Of a stretch of DNA of 64,000 bases, positions 13,701-25,497 are shown in pieces. This DNA is from Eledone cirrhosa (Eukaryota). Made by a program: the position numbers and the translations under genes. The DNA is taken from positions 15,128,001 through 15,192,000 of the forward strand of contig OZ024762.1 of the NCBI GenBank assembly GCA_964016885.1, in the 5' to 3' direction. Numbering within the stretch: the stretch's first letter is position 1; each line of letters starts with the position of its first letter. A model generated the notes under the pieces. The model saw nothing but the letters and a program-made list of their open reading frames with translations, was not told the origin of the DNA and searched no databases.

Positions 13701-15365
13701 GGTCTTCTCCCTATTTTATAAACTATGTTATAGCATCACCATGCCTGAGAACACCACTCTTTATATCAACTTTATCCCCTCAGCGCTTCGTAAAAGTCCG
13801 AGAGATTGACTACATATATTATTATTATTATTATCATTGAGGGCAGTTGGTTGGCAGTATCGGTAGAGTGTCAGACACCATGCTTTGTAGCATAAAGTTA
13901 TGGCCCTTTATGTTCAAATCAGTCCAAATCCTGCCGAGGTTGGCTTTGCCTTTCATCCTTGCAGTGTCAATAAAATAAAGTACCAGTCACACACTGGGGT
14001 CGATTTAATTGACTTTCCCACCCCCACACCCCAAATTGTTGGCCTTGTACCTAAAGTAGAAACCATTATTATTTTGGTAGAGTGTCAGACGCTATGCTTT
14101 GTGGCATAGAGTTATTGCCCTTTATGTTCTGAATTCAAATCCCACCAAGGTTAGCTTTGCCTTTCATCGATACGGAGTCGATAAAATAAAGCACCAGTAA
14201 TGCACTGGGGGTCGATTTAATCGACTTTCCTCTCCCCTCTAAATTACCTAAAAGTAAAAATCATTTTTATTATTATTAGGCGAGACTCTGAAGAGTACAG
14301 CCTGCCAGATTGGAGCAGTGAAGACCAGCTTGTGTGTGAGATGATAGAAAACACAAGACCTCTGCCGACAAGATCAGATCTGGAGACATTTGTGAACAAA
14401 TGCAGTTCTCTAAACTGTGAGAAAGTTATAGATTTATTAAGTCAACACTTACAAACAGATGCACAGCAACACTCACAGCTAGTAGGTGCAGCATGCAACA
14501 TGCAAAATACAGCATGTTTTTTTCTCATTTCTTCAGTAATTTTGTAATTTGTCTTAGTAATTTAATAATATAATAATGAAATTATTGTGTACAGTGCTCA
14601 GGTGCACTACAACTCATCAAAGGTGCATGTATAGTACAGTACATAGAATAATTTACAAATGTCAGGAAAGTGAACAGTGTATGAGTCATGATATACATGT
14701 GTGTGTGTGGAGGGGGGATACTGTATTATACTGTACTGTACTGTATGGAACTACTATACTATATTGTACTGTACTATACTGTATTATACTGTACCATTCT
14801 GTATTATGCTGTACTATACTGTACTATACTATAGCGGTACTGTGCTGTAGTTGAAAATTTGTTGTAACTACATATTTAACTACAATGAAACACGTGTGTT
14901 ATGCAATGAAAGTTATTCCCACTCATCTGGATTATGGTGTTTTTAATGATATTTTTGTAAATTTCTATATACACTCCGTAAATTATTACAATCGGAACCT
15001 ATATAACTATTACAAGAACTACCAATTGGAATAATTCATACGTTGCATAAGCAGTCTTTGATTCTTGTTGAACAATCAATTTAATTGATTACACTAACAG
15101 AATTTGAATAATTCTATATCATCATCATCATCATCATCATCATAGGTCCGCTTTTCCCTGCCTGCAAGGGTGGGACAGGTCCTATTCAGCACAACATCTC
15201 TCCACTTGTCATGATCCTTCATCAAGTCCACCGTGAGCTTCACCACCTGCTCTCACCACCTCCGTCCAAGTTTTTCATATATATATATATTAATAATTGT
15301 ATATATATTGAGTGAGTGATAGAACGGTCGGAGAAACACCAGTTCTTCCAATGACTTCATTTCAA

Positions 15366-15401
<36 letters not shown>

Positions 15402-15727
15402 TTAGTGGTTAGAGCATTGGCCTTGCAATCGAAAGGTTGTGAGTTCGACCGGGTGATGTGTTGTTTCCTTGAGCAAGACACTTTATTTCACATTGCTCCA
15501 GTTTACTCAGCTGTAGAAATGAGATGATAGGGGCTGGGATCCCTATCATTCCACTGCAAAGTGGTCGTGGAGGTGCCACGGCAAAAAAGCACCCAGCACT
15601 CACTGTAAATGAGGTTGGTGTTAGGAAGGGCACCCAGCTGTAGAAATCAAGCCAGAATCAGTTCCCGTCCCACCCTTGCTAGCAGGGAAAAAGCGGACGT
15701 AAAATGAAATGATGATGATGAATGATG

Positions 15728-15758
<31 letters not shown>

Positions 15759-18722
15759 TCATAGATTGAGTTAGAAACTCAAAGTAGTCTTTGCCCGATA
15801 TAGGTTTGTTATTTTTATTGATTTATTACATTAAATCGAGTTAGGCAAACCATATTGTTTTAAATTAGTATTTTTCAACCTAGCTAACTTGGTCATTTGC
15901 AATTGGAACACATGTATACTGGTACTGGTATCTGTGTCCATCCCTCTCATATATCCAATTATATCATCTTCGTTTATCATCTTCGTTTAACGTCCATTTT
16001 CCATGCTAGCATGGGTTAGACGGCATATATATATGTTTCTGTCTATCTAACTATCTATCTTTTCCCTCCAGCTGTGTCTATTTATGTTGGAATGGTTATG
16101 TCGGACAGACTTCATGAACCTCAACCTCATGGCATCTGCGTGTAGAGACGGCCTGCTGCACCTCTACAACAACAGCTGCAACATCAACAATTCTGAGATG
16201 CAGATGGTGCATTCAAAGTGTCGCAAGGTAGGTGCACATTAAATTATTTCAGTAACAGCTGTTGCAAACAAAACCCTTTAATCATATAGCCCCTATATAT
16301 TTTACTTTTACTTTTTTTATTTGAGTTTGTCATGAATCTTGGGTAATAACCGAAATAATGTGATTGTGAATACAATCGGCCGAAATGCGGTCCCAACAAA
16401 TGGTTTATGGAGTAACATTACTCGATAAAGTGTGTAGCTTAGAGATCAGAGAGTTACTCCAGGTAGAGCCGCTACTTCTCTGAATTAAGAGATCACAGCT
16501 ACCACACACCAGACATGTGGTTAGAATGTCTGAGGAGAGAATCTCTGAATTGAGAGGTCACAGCTCCCATACTATGGTCATGTGGTTAGAATCTCTGAAT
16601 TGAGAGATCACAGCTCCAATACTATGGTCATGTGGTTAGAATCTCTGAATTGAGAGATCACAGCTCCCATACTATGGTCATGCGGTTAGAATCTCTGAAT
16701 TGAGAGATCACAGCTCCCATACTATGGTCATGTGGTTAGAATCTCTGAATTGAGAGATCACAGCTCCCATACTATGGTCATGTGGTTAGAATCTCTGAAT
16801 TGAGAGATCACAGCTCCCATACTATGGTCATGTGGTTAGAATCTCTGAATTGAGAGATCACAGCTCCCATACTATGGTCATGTGGTTAGAATCTCTGAAT
16901 TGAGAGATCACAGCTCCCATACTATGGTCATGTGGTTAGAATCTCTGAATTGAGAGGTCACAGCTCCCATACTATGGTCATGTGGTTAGAATCTCTGAAT
17001 TGAGAGATCACAGCTCCCATACTATGGTCATGTGGTTAGAATCTCTGAATTGAGAGATCACAGCTCTGATACTATGGTCATGTGGTTAGAATCTCTGAAT
17101 TGAGAGATCACAGCTCCCATACTATGGACATGTGGTTAGAATCTCTGAATTGAGAGATCACAGCTCCCATACTATGGACATGTGGTTAGAATGTCTCAGG
17201 AAAGAATCGCTGGGCAGATTTTAAGGGCAAAACCAACCGGCAGGAGACCCAGGGGTAGACCCTGAGCAAAATGGTTGGATAACATCCATGAGCTTGGCTG
17301 GTCTCGTTTAGGGATCCAACAGGATCAATTGGAGACAGTTTCTTCTGACAGGACCTGCTGGAAGGAGTGTTTAAGGGACTCTGCCCCCAAAACCCTCTCA
17401 TGAATAAGTGGGCGAAGAAGAGGAAGAAGTGTCATCACCATCACTCTACGTCCACTTTTCCATGCTTGCAGGGGTTGGGCAGGACTTTTTCAAGCACAGC
17501 ATCCCTCCATTCATAGTGGTCATTTGTCAACCAGACTGTGAGATTTAATGATTTGAGATCATCTCTCACAACCTCTTCCCAGGTCCTCCTTGGTCTACCT
17601 CTACTGTAACTCCCTTCCACTGGGATTTCTTGATACTTCTCACTGATGGATTATCATCTATATACATCACATATCCATACCTGTGCAGTCTTCTCTCTGC
17701 CCAGGTCCTCCTTGGTCTACCTCTACTGTAACTCCCTTCCACTGGGATTTCTTGATACTTCTCACTGATGGATTATCATCTATATACATCACATATCCAT
17801 ACCTGTGCAGTCTTCTCTCTGCCCAGGTTGTCCTTGGTCTACCTCTACTGTAACTCCCTTCCACTGGGATTTCTTGGCACTTCTTCACCCAATGATCATC
17901 TATATGCCTCACATGTCCATACCAGTGCAGTCTTCTCTCCTTCTGTACTCTACATCTAATTCCTCTCACAACCACTACCCAGGTCTTCCTTGCTCTCTCT
18001 CTCTACCCCAGCTCTCTTCCACTGGGATTTCTTGGCACTTCTGCACTCAATGATCATTATCCATACCAGCACAGTCTTCTCTCTTCCTGTACACTACGTC
18101 TAATTCCTCTTATATTCAGCTTTTCTTTCAGCTCATCTCTGCTTTGCATTTCATGCATATTAACGTTGCATATTCATCGAAGTAAACTTGCTTAGTTTCT
18201 CGCCTACCTTCACACATCCTCCACACTCACTGCTGATGTGTCATAAACATTAATTTCTCATTATTTCAGATAATAAGAATCCTTGAGAAGTTAACTGTCT
18301 ACAAAACTATTCTCCCATTGGCGCCTGTTGCTCAACCGACCATTTCAGACGGAGGACTTTTTGATAAAAAAAAACCTGTCTGCGACGATGGGCCACTTCT
18401 GGCCGAATCTTCGGAAGAGAAGGAGAGAAAGTTTCATAACAGTGATGGGGAAGAGAACGGTAGGAACGAGAAGATTAAAACATCGATGTTTCACTTCATT
18501 CAGGTGGAAGAAGAGGAGAGAAAATGTGAAACAGCTAACAAAAATCTGGAGAAAAATTCAGACTATTCCGGTGAAAATGGCAGCAAGCAACCAGCGGAGA
18601 TGAGCTTAAAGGCCACCACAGTTGTGACCGATAACGAACTTAGTGATGTTTCATCACAACCCTCAGTCGGCTCAGAGTTTTCTTTGCTCAACGAAGATTC
18701 TTTAGAAGTCAACGAAAGCTGA
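4383..18722 (+). CDS. TEPSIN: AP-4 complex accessory subunit tepsin (ENTH and VHS-like domains), 12 coding exons, ~557 aa
   Basis: Exons 4383-4397, 5850-5922, 6852-6943, 7302-7395, 7525-7592, 7934-8012, 10314-10388, 11462-11650, 12865-13042, 14280-14481, 16072-16227 and 18270-18722 join in phase through GT-AG introns (1674 nt). Peptides KAISDDDTPIPGYLYDEI, HVKLKVLK, FSGPPDPLHG, TGMG..QGFG and PGRAGGGWD match tepsin/ENTHD2 motifs as I recall them. Confidence 0.93.
5200..5600 (+). mobile_element. 5'-truncated copy of the CRE-like element in tepsin intron 1
   Basis: Highly similar to 2951-3350 (SYIFQPVAFETFG...RGNAASVLAC). Confidence 0.85.
5850..5922 (+). CDS. TEPSIN: tepsin exon 2 (INMLMKAISDDDTPIPGYLYDEIN)
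   Basis: tttgcag acceptor; GTATCCTTT (U12-type) donor. Confidence 0.93.
5923..6851 (+). other. U12-type (minor spliceosome) GT-AG intron
   Basis: Donor GTATCCTTT, branch TCCTTAAC at 6833-6840, AG at 6850-6851, no polypyrimidine tract. Confidence 0.9.
6018..6391. mobile_element. hAT-like MITE inside the U12 intron
   Basis: TIRs CAGGGGTGTGCAAC / GTTGCATGCCCCTG; degenerate 8-bp TSD GGTTAGAC / GATTAGAT. Confidence 0.7.
6852..6943 (+). CDS. TEPSIN: tepsin exon 3 (KITYESTAYSRRLLEFLVSQLEKKSCHVKLK)
   Basis: TCCTTAAC branch site and catag acceptor; gtaatt donor. Confidence 0.93.
7302..7395 (+). CDS. TEPSIN: tepsin exon 4 (VLKLMTNLVEKGHPRFRQELRRQANGIREAT)
   Basis: ttttag acceptor, gtatgt donor, in phase. 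Confidence 0.92.
7525..7592 (+). CDS. TEPSIN: tepsin exon 5 (KFSGPPDPLHGTVPYLVVRQMAQ)
   Basis: ttccag acceptor, gtaagt donor; GPPDPLHG motif. Confidence 0.93.
7934..8012 (+). CDS. TEPSIN: tepsin exon 6 (SLSEVLFDAEYNMDVESKTQIAQPST)
   Basis: tttgcag acceptor, gtaaga donor, in phase. Confidence 0.88.
8032..8795 (+). repeat. 60/72-bp tandem array from the left end of the piggyBac-like MITE
   Basis: Starts CCCTTTAACATTTAC, then about 11 units of CATTTACATTACTCTATATATACTATTGTATTTTCACAGTAAAGGCTTTACCTCACATAA. Confidence 0.85.
8802..9130 (+). mobile_element. tRNA-derived SINE with Nin/Deu-like central domain (other copies ~4785-4950, 13840-14270, 25650-25915, 36885-37005, 60640-60810)
   Basis: GAGTTCAAATCC B-box followed by GTCAACTTT(G/A)CCTT(T/C)CATCC...GTCGATAAAA..GTACCAG, repeated many times in the window. 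Confidence 0.7.
9170..9500 (-). mobile_element. tRNA-derived CORE-like SINE with RTE-derived tail
   Basis: Head GGAGGCACATGGCTTAGTGGTTAGAGC...AGTTCAATTC; core TCCTTGAGCAAGACACTT; tail shared with the RTE 3' UTR. Confidence 0.8.
9520..10203 (+). mobile_element. CR1-type LINE 3' fragment
   Basis: LETVQRRATK...YSERL...LRRL...TRGH...FFTLRV..WNKLP; (ATT)n tail; related pieces at ~7010-7200 (-), 12760-12820 and 14570-14690 (-). Confidence 0.85.
10314..10388 (+). CDS. TEPSIN: tepsin exon 7 (ISTGMGNIQGKGKMQGFGNSPLHQP)
   Basis: ttacag acceptor, gtaagt donor; GMG/QGFG motif. Confidence 0.88.
11462..11650 (+). CDS. TEPSIN: tepsin exon 8
   Basis: caacag acceptor, gtaaga donor; open and in phase (STGQILRNSIGNFFDK...SHP). 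Confidence 0.82.
11670..12690. repeat. 48-bp minisatellite from the SINE/RTE tail that flips orientation at ~12430
   Basis: About 16 units of GTGGTCATGTAGGTGTCACGACAAAAAGCACCCAGTCCACACTGTAAA, then about 5 reverse-oriented units. Confidence 0.85.
12865..13042 (+). CDS. TEPSIN: tepsin exon 9 (HVPGRAGGGWDD...)
   Basis: polypyrimidine tract and cacag acceptor, gttagt donor; AGGGWD motif. Confidence 0.87.
13079..13695 (+). mobile_element. piggyBac-like MITE with internal tandem expansion
   Basis: TTAA|CCCTTTACCATTTA ... TAAATGCTAAAGGG|TTAA; about 7 internal 60/72-bp units. Confidence 0.82.
14280..14481 (+). CDS. TEPSIN: tepsin exon 10 (start of VHS-like domain)
   Basis: attag acceptor, gtaggt donor; DWSSEDQLV...FVNKCSSLNCEKV. 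Confidence 0.87.
15398..15727 (+). mobile_element. CORE-like tRNA SINE with RTE tail
   Basis: Same family as 9170-9500; (GAT)n tail; between (TA)n runs. Confidence 0.8.
16072..16227 (+). CDS. TEPSIN: tepsin exon 11
   Basis: ctccag acceptor, gtaggt donor; 52 codons LCLFMLEWL...SKCRK. Confidence 0.85.
16538..17193 (+). repeat. 50-bp minisatellite, ~13 copies, within a dispersed element
   Basis: Unit GAATCTCTGAATTGAGAGATCACAGCTCCCATACTATGGTCATGTGGTTA; related single-copy sequence at 3990-4100 (-); flank related to 4965-5110. Confidence 0.88.
17440..18240 (-). mobile_element. Degraded RTE LINE 3' fragment with local ~120-bp duplications
   Basis: ERRLHWYGHV...RGRPRTTW peptide similar to the RTE C-terminus at 61361-62293. 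Confidence 0.7.
18270..18722 (+). CDS. TEPSIN: tepsin terminal coding exon
   Basis: tttcag acceptor; IIRILEKL... open to TGA at 18720-18722; AATAAA near 19233. Confidence 0.85.
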   Translation: MIRILEKLTVYKTILPLAPVAQPTISDGGLFDKKKPVCDDGPLLAESSEEKERKFHNSDGEENGRNEKIKTSMFHFIQVEEEERKCETANKNLEKNSDYSGENGSKQPAEMSLKATTVVTDNELSDVSSQPSVGSEFSLLNEDSLEVNES

Positions 18723-19259
18723 CTTGAATGAGGATCTTAAGACAGTTTCTATAAGATTTTTTTTTGTGGGAGGGGCTGGGCAGGGTAGGGATGAGAGGGC
18801 ATGGTCCTCCCCTCTCAGACCTACCAAGGATTTCTTTATGATGGTATCTATCTATACAAGTTCCTTGCTTCTCTGTCTGTGCCCTTGCTGTACCCACAAT
18901 GCTGAATTGAGTGAGAATCTTCAGACAGGGGCTGTGAGATTTTTGAGGGGTTGGATGAGAGGGCATGTTCCCCCTCTTAGACCTACCAAGGATTTTCTTT
19001 ATGATGCTATCTATCTATACAAGTTCCTTGCTTCTCTATCTGTGCCCTTACTCTATCCACAGCACTGAATTGAGTGAGGATCTTCAGACAGGGGCTGTGT
19101 AACCATGTAAAGGGAGAATATGGCCCCTCTTAAAGCTATCAATGACTTCTTTTTAATAAGGTACAACAAGCTCTTTCTTCTCCTCCATGTGGCCACACTT
19201 TTGTTGTTGTTGTTTTAACTCTTAACATCCTGTAATAAAAATATCTAAAAATGGGTTAC

Positions 19260-21110
19260 CCCACCACACCATGCCACACCACACCATATCTCACCCCACC
19301 CACCCCACCCAACCCCACCCACCACACCATATCTCACCCACCCCACCCACCCACCCCAACACACCACACCACCAAGAAGAGACTGCTGGCCCCCACACCT
19401 CTCACCCACACGCACAAATGACTGCTGCCCATCACCCTCAAAACATAAGACTGTTGCACCACCACCACACACACACCACCAACACCCACATAGACACACC
19501 ACCACCAAACACCACCACCACCACACACACCACCACACCACCGCTCACACCACGCACCACCACACACACCACCATCACCACCACCACACACACCACCATC
19601 ACCACACACCACCACACATACCACCACACACCACCACCACCACACACACACCACCACCACCACACACACTAGCACCACTACACCACCACCACCACCACCA
19701 CCACCACACACACCACCACCACCACCACCACCACCACCACACATCCACCACTACACCACCACCACCACACACACCACCACCACCACACACACCACCACCA
19801 CTACACACACCACCACCACACACACCACTACCACCACACCACCACCACCACACACACCACCACACCACACCACCACCACACCACCACCACACATACCAGA
19901 GACTGCTGCAGTGGCCCCTCCCCAACAATACTGCTGTACCCTCCTCAAACACACTCAATGACTGCTGCCCCCACAAACCCTCCACACATGCAAAATACTG
20001 CTGTCTCCCACCTCTACCACAAGACTGTTGCACACCACCACCACATGACTACCCCATCTCCACCACTACAACTACCACCACCACCACCACATGACTACCC
20101 CTTCTCCACCACTACAACTACCACCACCACCACATGACTACCCCATCTCCACCACTACAACTACCACCACCACCACATGACTACCCCATCTCCACCACCA
20201 CGACCACCACTACCACCACCACACCACTACCACCACCACCATGATTACCACCACCACCACCACATGACTACCCCACCACCACCATTACAACTACCACCAC
20301 CACCACATGACTACCCCATCTCCACCACTACAACTACCACCACCACCACATGACTACCCCATCTCCACCACTACAACTACCACCACCACCACATGACTAC
20401 CCCACCACCACCATTACAACTACCACCACCACCACATGACTACCCCATCTCCACCACTACAACTACCACCACCACCACATGACTACCCCATCTCCACCAC
20501 CACGACCACCACTACCACCACCACATGGCTACCCCACCACCACCATGACTACCACCACCACCACCACATGACTACCCCACCACCACCATTACAACTACCA
20601 CCACCACCACATGACTACCCCATCTCCACCACTACAACTACCACCACCACCACATGACTACCCCACCACCACTACCACCACCATGACTACCCCATCACCA
20701 CCACCATACATAAGACTATTCCACCATCACCACCACATGACTACTCCATCTCCACCACTACAACTACCACCACCACCACATGACTACCCCATCACCACCA
20801 CCACCACTACCACCACCACCACATGAGTACCCCATCCCCACCACCACCATGACTACCCCATCACCACCACCATACATGACTACCCCATCATCACCACCAC
20901 CATCACCACCACCATCACATGACTACCTCACCACCACCACAAGACTGCTGCACACCACACACACACACACACACACCACACACACACACACACCACACAC
21001 ACACACACACCACACACACACACACACACACCACACACACACACACACCACACACACACACACACACACCACACACACACACACACCACACACACACACA
21101 CACACACGCA
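19260..21110. repeat. (CAC)n/(CA)n low-complexity tract with an embedded ~45-bp CATGACTACCCCATCTCCACCACTACAACTAC minisatellite
   Basis: Direct inspection. Confidence 0.9.
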
Positions 21111-21672
21111 CTCACCTCAACATCATGAAGATACATCAGTTACAGCTGTTGCCATAGAGACTCTCACATAAAACTACAACAACTACAACAACATCAAACT
21201 ATTTATATGTTCATATTTCAAATATATTGTTTTATTCAATCATGGTTTAAATTATTTTTAACATGTTTCAAGGCCTTACCATACATTTTATTAGAGTTTC
21301 ATACATACTGTTGTTGTTGCTGTTGTAGTAGTTGCTGTTGATGTTGTTGTTGTTGTTGTTGCTGCTGTTGATGTTGTTGTTGTTGTTGTTAGACTATTTT
21401 TCATAGTTAAAAACCTATGTCGAAGCTTAACTTAGCATAATAATTTTATATATATATATATATATATAGGAACGAGTAGGACCTCGACGGCTGAGCTCAA
21501 GCCGTTTCGACAGCTAATTCTGGACTAAAAATTTTAGTCCAGAATTAGCTGTCGAAACGGCTTGAGCTCAGCCATCGGGATCCTACTCGTTCCTATTACC
21601 CACTCTACTACCCTAAGTATTGAGTATTTTGGTGCGTTATGGTCCATCTGGTTCCTTACCACATTTCCTTCG

Positions 21673-21745
<73 letters not shown>

Positions 21746-22227
21746 CTTACACCTCTCCAAGACAATGTCACTGGACCGAGACCTTTGGCGGTACTCAGTA
21801 ATAGAGAAGACCCGCCTTACCTAAATACATAGTAAAACCTACTACAGTCAGTAGGCATCTCTAACAAAATACACCCCCGTCCCACCACCCCCACCCCATC
21901 CACACCGCCCCCTTCTATGTAAAGTTATGTTGGTGCCACACCATCCAGGCCGAAACAAATGAGATCGTGTAGGTGTCACGACAAAAAAAACACACAGTCC
22001 ACGCTGTAATGTGGCCGTGTAGGCAACACGGTAAAAACCTCCCAGTCCCACACTGTAAATGTGGTTGGTGTTAGGAAGGGCATCCAACTGTAGAAAACCT
22101 GCTAGACAGTCCTATGCGAGCAAGACAATCACTCTTGCCTCAAGTGGGAAAACCCCCGTCCAAACCCATGCAAGCGTGGAACGCGGACGTTAAACGTTGA
22201 TGATGATGATGTGTGTGTATATATATA

Positions 22228-22260
<33 letters not shown>

Positions 22261-23350
22261 GCATATAGGAAAAATGTCAGGACCCCGATGACTGAGCTCT
22301 GGCCATTTCAACAGCTAGATCCGAACAGTTCGGACCTAGTTGTCAAAACGACCGGAGCTCAGCCCTTCGGTCGGGTCCTGACTCTTTTTCTATTACCCAC
22401 TCTACTACTCTAAGTATTGAGTTCTCTGGTGCGTTATGGTCACCTGGTCTCTTACCACCCTTTCTTTGATATATCATCATCACCGTTTTACGTCCGTTCT
22501 TCCATGCTAGCACGGAAGAACGGACGTAAAACGGTGATGATGATATATCAAAGAAAGGGATATATATATATATAACGAAAGAAGTGTGGTAAGGAACCAG
22601 ATGGACCATAACGCACCAAAGTACTCAATACTTAGGGTAGTAGAGTGGGTAATAGGAAAAAGTTTAACCCCGACGGCAGAGCTCAAGCCGTTTCGATAGC
22701 TATTTCTGGACGCCGTCTATCGTTGGCCAATTGTAGAGTCTAGAAATAGCTGTCGGGGTTAAACTTTTTCCTATATATATATCACCTTGACCACCTTGAC
22801 CGACCAGTCTATCGAGCGCCGCAGGTCACAGCACGTCGTGCTGTTTTAGCCATAAGATAACGCCATCCCACTGGCTGGGCGGGCAGGCCGCTACTCATTT
22901 CTACAGCTGAGTAAACTGGAGCAATGTGAAATAAAGTGTCTTGCTCAAGGAAACAACACATCACCCGGTTCGAGAATCGAACTCACAACCTTTCGATTGC
23001 AAGGCCATTAAGCCATGCGCTGGTGGGTTATATCCGTAGTAGTAGAGCACTCAGTCCATGGGACGAGTTTGGTAGAAGTAGTTCCACTATAGTTCACCAT
23101 ACCGAGAACAATTGTTTCACCTTATTCTGATCATCAGTTCGTTCTAAATGAAGTTGTCCACACGTCTGGAAACACCTATTGCATAATTTTAAAGCTCCAG
23201 ATTGACTAACATGAACAATCTATAATATTCTGAATAACATGAATCTCCCTACATCGATCTCTTGTGAGTTTACCTGCTCCAGCAGAAGTGACCGTTTCTA
23301 CACATGCGTATGCGTACAGTTGTTTTTCCTTTTCTGTACAACTTCATTTA

Positions 23351-23394
23351 GACCAAGCTGATGAGCCGAATAAGGTGAAACAATTGTTGTCGGT
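23351..23394 (+). ncRNA. Minimal hammerhead-ribozyme-like motif (Penelope-like repeat)
   Basis: CTGATGA (23358) - GCC gaataa GGT - GAAA (23377) - CAAttgTTG - TC; palindromic ACAATTGT in stem III; inverted copy at 23101-23145; stem I imperfect. Confidence 0.55.
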
Positions 23395-25113
23395 GCAATA
23401 CACTTTATTTCACATTGCTCCAGTTTACTCAGCTGTAGAAATGAGATGATAGGGACTGGGGTCCCTATCATTCCACTGTAAAGTGGTCGTGGAGGTGCCA
23501 TGGCAAAAAAGCACCCAGCCCACACTGTAAAGTGGATGTGTAGGTGCAACGGGAAAAAAGCACCAAGCACTCACTGTAAATGGGGTTGGTGTCAGGAAGG
23601 GCATCCAGCTGTAGAAATCAAGCCAGAATCAGTTCCTGTACGAGCAGGACAACCCGTCTAACCCATGCTAGTGTGGAAGAACGGACGTAAAACGGTGATG
23701 ATAATGATGATGATGAACTAACTGTTGTGGAACTACTTCTATATATATATATATATATATATATATGATTTAATATAGAAATGGCTTCTACAGGACTAGA
23801 ACTGTTTCATTTGAAGGAAATCATCAGAAAATGGCTTACCTCATGATTTCCTTCGAATGAGACAGTTCTAGTCCTGTAGAAGCCATTTCTATATTAAATT
23901 TGTTGTATACACTTACCTTACCTACTGTGGTTACCTCCGATTGAACCTGGGACTGACACTCACAATCGTTCAAGAATTTTAACATCCATCTCTAATTAAA
24001 AACACAGCCAACGCCCTACAGTAAAACTGTGTGCACTCTGAACAGGTGATTGCAGCTGCATAACTGCAATTCACTAGATTTGTTGAGTGAGCTAGATGCT
24101 GGTTGAAGGATGCTGTATCTATACCAGCGATCTTTGTTTATATATATATATAAACATGGGTGGAGGTGGTGAGTGCAGACCCCAGATTGCTGAAGCTCAC
24201 GGAGGAGATGACAAAGGACTGTGACGAATGGAGAGATGCTGTGCTGAATAGGACCCGTCCCACCCTTACAAGCAAGGAAAAGCGGACATAAAATGATGAT
24301 GATGATGATCATCATCATCATCATCATTTTATGTCTGCTGTTCTCTGCTTGCAAGGGTGGGACTGTCTGATCACCTGAACATCTTATATACCAGCTCTCA
24401 ACAGTTTTCCAAGAGATAGTGACCTAAATAGACCCCCCCCCCCATTTTTTTTTTCCATTTCTCACTCTCCTCTATTTTTCTATAATTTCTCATTCTATTT
24501 TCTGATGAAGGACTAGCATCCAAAACATTAAGACTCTTTTCCTACTATATCAAGCGTAAAACTAATATATTTCTTCATTGAACTGTGTTGTTTTCTTTGT
24601 TATTTCTGTTTGCCTTTTACATCTTTCTGTGACCTATCATATTGATATATATATGGCGGTGCCTTTGGTCAGTTTTCTCGGTGTCACACTTTTTAACTGT
24701 TGTGTTTACTATGGACCTTAATGTGTTTTTCAACTTTTCGCTCCATTGAGTGCTTTGTGAATACCTCAAACAAATCGAAGAGTACTTGCTGTGTGGCAGC
24801 TACAACTTCAGTTTATACCTACTGTATATATATATCATCATCATCATCATCATCATCGTTTAATGTCCTTCTTCCACGCTAGAATTGGTTAGACGGTTTT
24901 GATCCATTTGATGCGGATATGGTTGAGAGACCGTGTCTCGCTCGCACAGAAGTGTCTCTGGCAGGTTTTTTTACGGCTAGATGCCCTTCCTTACACCAAC
25001 CATCTTTACAATGTGGATGGGGAGCCTTTTTACCATGTCTCCTACACGGCCACCTTACAATGTGGACTGTTGTGTCATTGACACAGTGGAGGGAACAGGA
25101 AAGGGAAGATGGG

Positions 25114-25151
<38 letters not shown>

Positions 25152-25152
<1 letters not shown>

Positions 25153-25497
25153 GGAGGCACATGGCTTAGTGTTTAGAGCATTGGCCTTGCAATCGAAAGG
25201 TTGTGAGTTCAATTCTCAGACCGGGTCATGTGTTGTTTCCTCGAGCAAGACACTTTGTTTCACATTGCTTCAGTTTACTCAGCTGTAGAAATGAGATGAT
25301 AGGACTGGGGTCCCTATCATTCCACTGCAAAGTGGTCATGGAGGTGCCACGGCATAAAAGCACCCAGCACTCACTGTAAATGAGGTTGGTGTTAGGAAGG
25401 GCATCCAGCTGTAGAAATCAAGCCAGAATCAGTTCCTGTCCCACCCTTGCTAGCAGGGAAAAGCGGACGTAAAATGAAATGATGAAATGATGATGAT
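25152..25497 (+). mobile_element. CORE-like tRNA SINE, full length
   Basis: GGAGGCACATGGCTTAGTG head through (GAT)n tail. Confidence 0.82.

Noticed and set aside
16538-17193. Regular ~50-bp repeats resembling a CRISPR array (also 11670, 27411, 35320)
   Set aside because: Head-to-tail units without unique spacers, no cas genes, eukaryotic intron context.
19245-21157. His/Thr/Pro- or Gly/Val-rich ORFs resembling extensins or mucins
   Set aside because: (CAC)n/(CA)n low-complexity DNA downstream of the tepsin poly(A) signal; no splice support.
25152-25225. tRNA-like sequence GGAGGCACATGGCTTAGTG...GAGTTCAATTC
   Set aside because: SINE head: continues into the core and LINE tail, multi-copy, and lacks a proper acceptor stem.
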